DNA of 64,000 nt from an uncultured Acidobacteriota bacterium (lineage in GTDB: Bacteria; Acidobacteriota; Vicinamibacteria; Vicinamibacterales; 2-12-FULL-66-21), in the NCBI GenBank assembly GCA_963810305.1, contig CAWEMY010000003.1:24528-88527 (forward strand). Reading direction: 5' to 3'. A program made the position numbers and the translations under genes. The notes below the pieces were generated by a model that searched no databases, was not told where the DNA came from, and saw nothing but the letters and a program-made list of their open reading frames with translations. Shown here piece after piece: positions 59,785-64,000 of the stretch (position 1 is its first letter; every line of letters begins with the position of its first letter).

Positions 59785-62692
59785 CTACTTCACCGGCCCG
59801 AGGTACTTGTCGAACCAGTCGAGCACCTCGCGGATCACGCCGCGCATGTCGTTCGGCACGTGGCCGCCGTCGAGCGCAACGTGACGCTTGAGCTCCGGCG
59901 GCGTTCCGAGCAGTTCGAAGAAGCGCCGCTGGTGATCATAGGGCACCTGGAAATCCTCTCGGCCGTTGACGATGCAGTACCGGGATCTTGACGCGCGGCA
60001 TGAAGTTCGCCGGGTGGATCTCGGGTGGAAAGTTGAACCGCAGGCCTCCGGATGCGAACACCGCCACCTTGATCCGGGGTTCGAGGGCGACCGGGATCGG
60101 TCCGAAAAACGCCCCCATGCTCAGGCTGTAGTAGGCGAGCCGACTGTTATCGATCTCCGTGCCGCGTCTCGAGGTAGTCGACCGCCCTGAAAAAGTCTTT
60201 CGCCCACTGCACGTGCAGGTCGCGCAGCCGCCCCGGTGCGTCGATCGCTTCGGCGCGGACCGGGGCCTCGGCGTCGGGCTTTCGGCGCTCGAACGTGCCC
60301 TGGTAGACGGGATACATCACGGCGCGTCCGCTGCGAATGATGAAATCGAAACGGGAATAATCGAGGTTTCGGCTGGTGCCGGCGTTGACGCGCGTACGCG
60401 CTCGGAAACAGGATGATGGTCTGATAGGGAGGTTGCGCGTTCTTCGGCAGAAAGAGATGCGCCGAGACGCGTTCGCCCGCCATAGGCGGCATCGAAGCTG
60501 ACCGTTTCTTTGCGCCAGTGTTCGGCGCGCTGTCGTCCGCGCTTCGACACGTGCGTTCAGCGGCGTCCGGTCGTAGGCAGTAGAAGCGCCTGCAGACTTC
60601 GAAGAGCTCGTCGGATACCGGAATGACACTCTCGGGATCCGCCGGTGAGTCGGGCGGCAGGACGTGCGACATCGGCGACGCACCGAGCTTTGTCGATCAG
60701 GCGCACGCCAAACGTGGGTCGTCGGTCCCAGGGGCTGCGCGCATCCTCCTCGACGTACCGATAGTGCGGCTCGTTCCAGCCGCCGCCGAGGATGTAGCGG
60801 AGGCCTGTCCCTCGACGGCATTCGGCGCACCATTCCTTGACGTTGCCCGCCATGTCGAACGTTCCCCACGGACCGAGGCCCTGACGTTCGCCCGCCTTCA
60901 GCGGACCGTTGCCGTCGAAGTTGCTCAGTTGCAGGATCTCGGATGAGCATTTCCTCGACGCGGAGCAGCCCGATACCAGTGATAGATCGTCGGCAGAGCC
61001 TTGCCGGCGAAGGCGGCATACGCGGCCGCTTCGAACCAGCTGATGCCGCCGACAGGATGATCCGATTGCCCCTGCGGAAACGATCCGAACTCCCACGACG
61101 CCGGGCCCGGTTCGCCCGGTCGAATCCCGGAACCGCGCGATCGCCTCGTCGAATCTCAAGGTCCGATCGCCGTCGCGGAAGGGCTCGCTCCAGTACTTCG
61201 GGTCACGATATCCGCCCGCATCCACGAACCGCTTGAATTCCCCGTTGGTCACCTCGAGTCTGTCGATCCAGAAGTTCGGCAGCATCACCTGCGCAGCGAC
61301 ACCGACGCGTATAGGGCCCGCCATCAACGGGCACCATTCCGGCTTTCGCGTCCTGTTGTGGTGCCAGTCTCACGGTACCCGGGCGGCCGATGGATGTGGC
61401 GAACTCCATCGGCGCGTAACCCGGCTTGCTGATGCGCACGCGATAGTAGCCGAGCGGCACCCGAACATCCTGCAGAGGGGTTTGGCCGATCGGCTCCCAC
61501 GGGCCATTGACGTCGAGATAGTCCTTGATCTCCACGTTCAGCGCCCGGAGGATCCGTGACGAGGCTCAGCGGGTACCAGGCTTGGCGAACAATCTGGATC
61601 TCAGCTGACGCATAACGTTCGGTCTCGCGAGCCTTCCGTAGCGCGGCGAGATTCTGACGCGCCGTCTGCAGGCGTTCGATCTCGGGGATCGCCTCACGGA
61701 CCCATCGCACGCGGCGAACCTGGACCGTCTGCCAGATGCCGAAGCCGGCGACGGCGAGCAAAAGCAAGGCGACCGGCACCAGCACCTGCGGTCGCCGCCA
61801 GATGGACTCCGGTGCGCGCGTGAGCTTCGCGTGCGCGGTAGCGAGCTCGGCGCGCATCGCCGCCGCGTCGGGATAGCGGGCCGCGGGATCCTTCGCGAGC
61901 GCGCGCTGGATGATCGCGTCGACGTCCGCCGGCACGTCCGGCCGCGCGGTGCGCACGGGCGCGCGGCTGATCGCGGAGGATCGACGTGATGACACCGACA
62001 TGCGTCGAGCCGCTGAACGGCCGCCGGCCGGCGAGCATCTCGTAGAGGACCGCGCCGAACGAGAAGATGTCGGACCGCGCGTCGACCGGTCGCCCTTCGG
62101 CCTGCTCCGGCGACATGTAGGCGGCCGTGCCCATGACCATGCCCGGCTCGGTCGCGACCGCCGTGATCGTCGCTTCGGTCGGCGCGCAGCTCGATCAGCT
62201 TCGCGAGGCCGAAGTCGAGCACCTTCGCGCGTCCGTCGCGCGTGATCATGATGTTGGCGGGCTTGATGTCGCGATGGATGATGCCGCTGCCGTGCGCCGC
62301 CGCGAGCGCGCTCGCGATCTGCGACGGCGTAATCCAGCGCCGTGGCGATCGGCGAGCGGCCCTTGCGCCAGCAGCCGATCGAGCGGCGTGCCGTCCACCA
62401 GCTCCATCGCGATGAACGTCGTCCCTGCGTCCTCGCCGATCTCGTAGATGGTGACGATGTTCGGATGATTCAGCGCCGAGGCGGATTGCGCCTCCCGCAC
62501 GAAGCGGCGATGCCGCTCGGCGTCCGCCGTGCGCTCAGTCGGCAGCACCTTGATCGCGACGGGCCGTCCGAGCCGTGTATCGACGGCGCGGTAGACGACA
62601 CCCATCCCGCCGCGGCCGATTTCTCCCTCGATCCGGTAGTGCGAAATGGACTGGACACTGGCCGGGATTATAGCGTCCAGGTCATTTATCAT
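59785..62692 (-). pseudogene. Ser/Thr kinase - TM - FGE-sulfatase - alpha/beta-hydrolase fusion gene, copy B; at least a dozen frame breaks
   Basis: It starts '[50 protein letters not shown]'. It is colinear with copy A to the same C-terminus '...DWFDKYLGPVK*'. The protein can only be followed by hopping between all three frames. The ORF pieces are 62246..62692, 61566..62249, 61694..62140, 61324..62001, 61203..61535, 60557..61327, 60147..61019, 60121..60672, 60317..60550 and 59936..60118. I count about 17 shifts. Confidence 0.75.
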
Positions 62693-62713
62693 TCAGATCA
62701 ACAGGAGGGTGTA

Positions 62714-63591
62714 ATGAGAATCCACCCCGCATTTGCCGCGTCGCTGATCGCTGCTCTCAGCCTGCAGAGCTGGTCGGAGCGCAGACGCCTTCCGGCCGGA
62801 AGATCCAGGCGAAGAACGGCGATGTGATCCTGGTTGAGAACGCGGACCGCGTGGGGCTGATGCGCCGAAAGAAGCACAGGTCCGCGCGATCAACAACTCC
62901 TCTGCAGCGATGGCTGGTGCGTCTGCTGGTGGATTACGCCCCGCCGGGCGTCGATCCGGACGGCCAGGTTGACGCCTCCTATCGGTACCTCGACGTCGCC
63001 GGCGAATGGCCGCTCGGCGAACGATGGGAGGGGCGTGCTGTCATCGACGATTACTCAATGGCGGGGGAGGGGAGGTCCGTCAGCATCGGCTTCTCGACAT
63101 CGCTGGGGACGTCATTCAGGTCCTCGGGACCTCCCGGCAGTTCACCCTTCAAGGACGCGTCTGCCGTCGCAACGCTGTCGTTCCGGGGATCCGGCCGGGC
63201 CGGCCGCGCGTCGTCGTTCGACCTCACCGAACAACAGGAAGTCGCGACGGTGAGCGCCGGGATCCGCGCGAGCACCCCCGCCGCACCCGCGCAGGGTGGC
63301 CAGCAGCCGATCAGGGTTGGCGGCAACATCCGTCCGCCCACGAAGACTCACGATGTCCGTCCCGTGTATCCGGACGAAGCGCTCCAGGCGCGGATCACCG
63401 GAGTGGTAATTCTGGAAGCCACTATCGGCGTGGACGGGTCTGTGACCGATGCCAAAGTCCTCCAAAGTATTCCGATCTTGGACGCCGCCGCGGTTGATGC
63501 GGTGAAGCAGTGGCGTTTCGAGCCGACGTATCTGAACGGCGTCCCCGTGCCCGTCCTCATGACGGTGACGGTGAGTTTCAATCTGAAATAG
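62714..63591 (+). CDS. TonB C-terminal-domain protein, one frame break near 62757
   Basis: AGGAGGG lies at 62703-62709, followed by ATG at 62714 ('MRIHPAFAASLIAALS', signal/anchor). After a shift the protein continues in ORF 62824..63591. The C-terminus is a canonical TonB_C: 'PVYPDEALQARITGVVILEATIGVDGSVTDAKVLQSIPILDAAAVDAVKQWRFEPTYLNGVPVPV'. Confidence 0.8.
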
Positions 63592-63675
63592 AAACGGGTC
63601 TACTGAGGTTCCGCGAGATACCCGGTGGCGTAGCGGAGGTTCGCCACTGCGCAGCTCCACTTTCCAGACAGACGG

Positions 63676-63717
63676 TTGACGGCAGCGAGCAGGAGCCGAT
63701 ATACTCCTGATCAGGAG
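63676..63717 (+). promoter_or_regulatory. Sigma70-like promoter with overlapping perfect 14-bp palindrome upstream of the antitoxin-like gene
   Basis: TTGACG (63676-63681), an 18-nt spacer, then TATACT (63700-63705). The palindrome CTCCTGATCAGGAG (63704-63717) overlaps the -10 and the AGGAG Shine-Dalgarno. Confidence 0.6.
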
Positions 63718-63724
63718 TCTCCAC

Positions 63725-64000
63725 ATGATCAGCCGGAAAGCCGCCTACCCTCGCTCCCGGGCCGTGCCCGCGCCGCCGGTCGACCTGACCGACCGCGCCG
63801 TCCGCGACCGGCTGAGCCGCGCTGCGGTGCGGGCGTTCTTCAACATCATGGCGCGCTGGAACGTTCGCGACGAAGACGCGCGCGGGCTGCTGGGCGGCAT
63901 GACCAACGGTCCTTATTACGAACTGAAGCGCAATCCGGACCGCGTCATGGACGTCGACCGGCTCACACGCGATTTCGCTGCTCATCGGCATCTTCAAGGC
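63725..64000 (+). CDS. Xre/MbcA/ParS-type antitoxin (DUF2384 family), 3'-partial, one frame break near 63970
   Basis: This ORF is not in the supplied track because it has no stop within the window. From ATG at 63725 it reads 'MISRKAAYPRSRAVPAPPVDLTDRAVRDRLSRAAVRAFFNIMARWNVRDEDARGLLGGMTNGPYYELKRNPDRVMDVDRLTR'. After skipping one base it reads 'ISLLIGIFKA'. This matches the usual N-terminal layout of this antitoxin family from memory. The minus-strand ORF 63578..63997 is its antisense shadow. Confidence 0.6.
   Translation, partial: MISRKAAYPRSRAVPAPPVDLTDRAVRDRLSRAAVRAFFNIMARWNVRDEDARGLLGGMTNGPYYELKRNPDRVMDVDRLTRDFAAHRHLQG

Noticed and set aside
63578-63997. 139-aa minus-strand ORF at the right edge
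   Set aside because: It is antisense to the plus-strand Xre/ParS-like antitoxin ORF, which has a promoter, operator palindrome, Shine-Dalgarno and family-typical sequence.

Overview
High-GC bacterial chromosomal segment, probably Acidobacteriota. That assignment is an inference from two ADOP-type (acidobacterial duplicated orphan permease) FtsX/MacB-like genes, one paired with PadR, and from many Ser/Thr kinases or winged-helix regulators fused to TolB/PD40 beta-propellers. Gene content is mostly ordinary. It includes an ilvD-ilvB-ilvN-ilvC operon convergent with pheA, one tRNA-Asn(GTT), an addB/addA-type helicase-nuclease pair, and M16 and M14 peptidases. It also includes a CocE/NonD hydrolase, a tandem amidohydrolase, a hybrid histidine kinase, a WYL regulator plus TMEM175-like channel, and the first part of an Xre/ParS-type antitoxin at the right edge. 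I saw no rRNA, CRISPR array, transposase, integrase or phage genes, and no convincing new multi-gene system. What stands out is structural:
1. Gene boundaries are filled with short tandem repeats of strict 7-nt period. They belong to many unrelated sequence families, sometimes form inverted arrays, and sometimes lie in frame inside CDSs.
2. REP-like GTAG-headed hairpins occur singly, as a 4-copy array, and in frame inside ilvB.
3. There are CACAGAG-type inverted-repeat hairpin elements.
4. About 13 otherwise well-conserved genes carry single-base frame breaks. Two tandem kinase/FGE-sulfatase/hydrolase fusion genes carry a far higher density of them. This could be assembly error or real decay; I cannot tell from sequence alone.
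5. A Phe-rich mini-ORF with alternative hairpins and an intrinsic terminator sits upstream of tRNA-Asn and pheA.

Many long ORFs in the six-frame track are antisense shadow ORFs typical of high-GC DNA and are not called.
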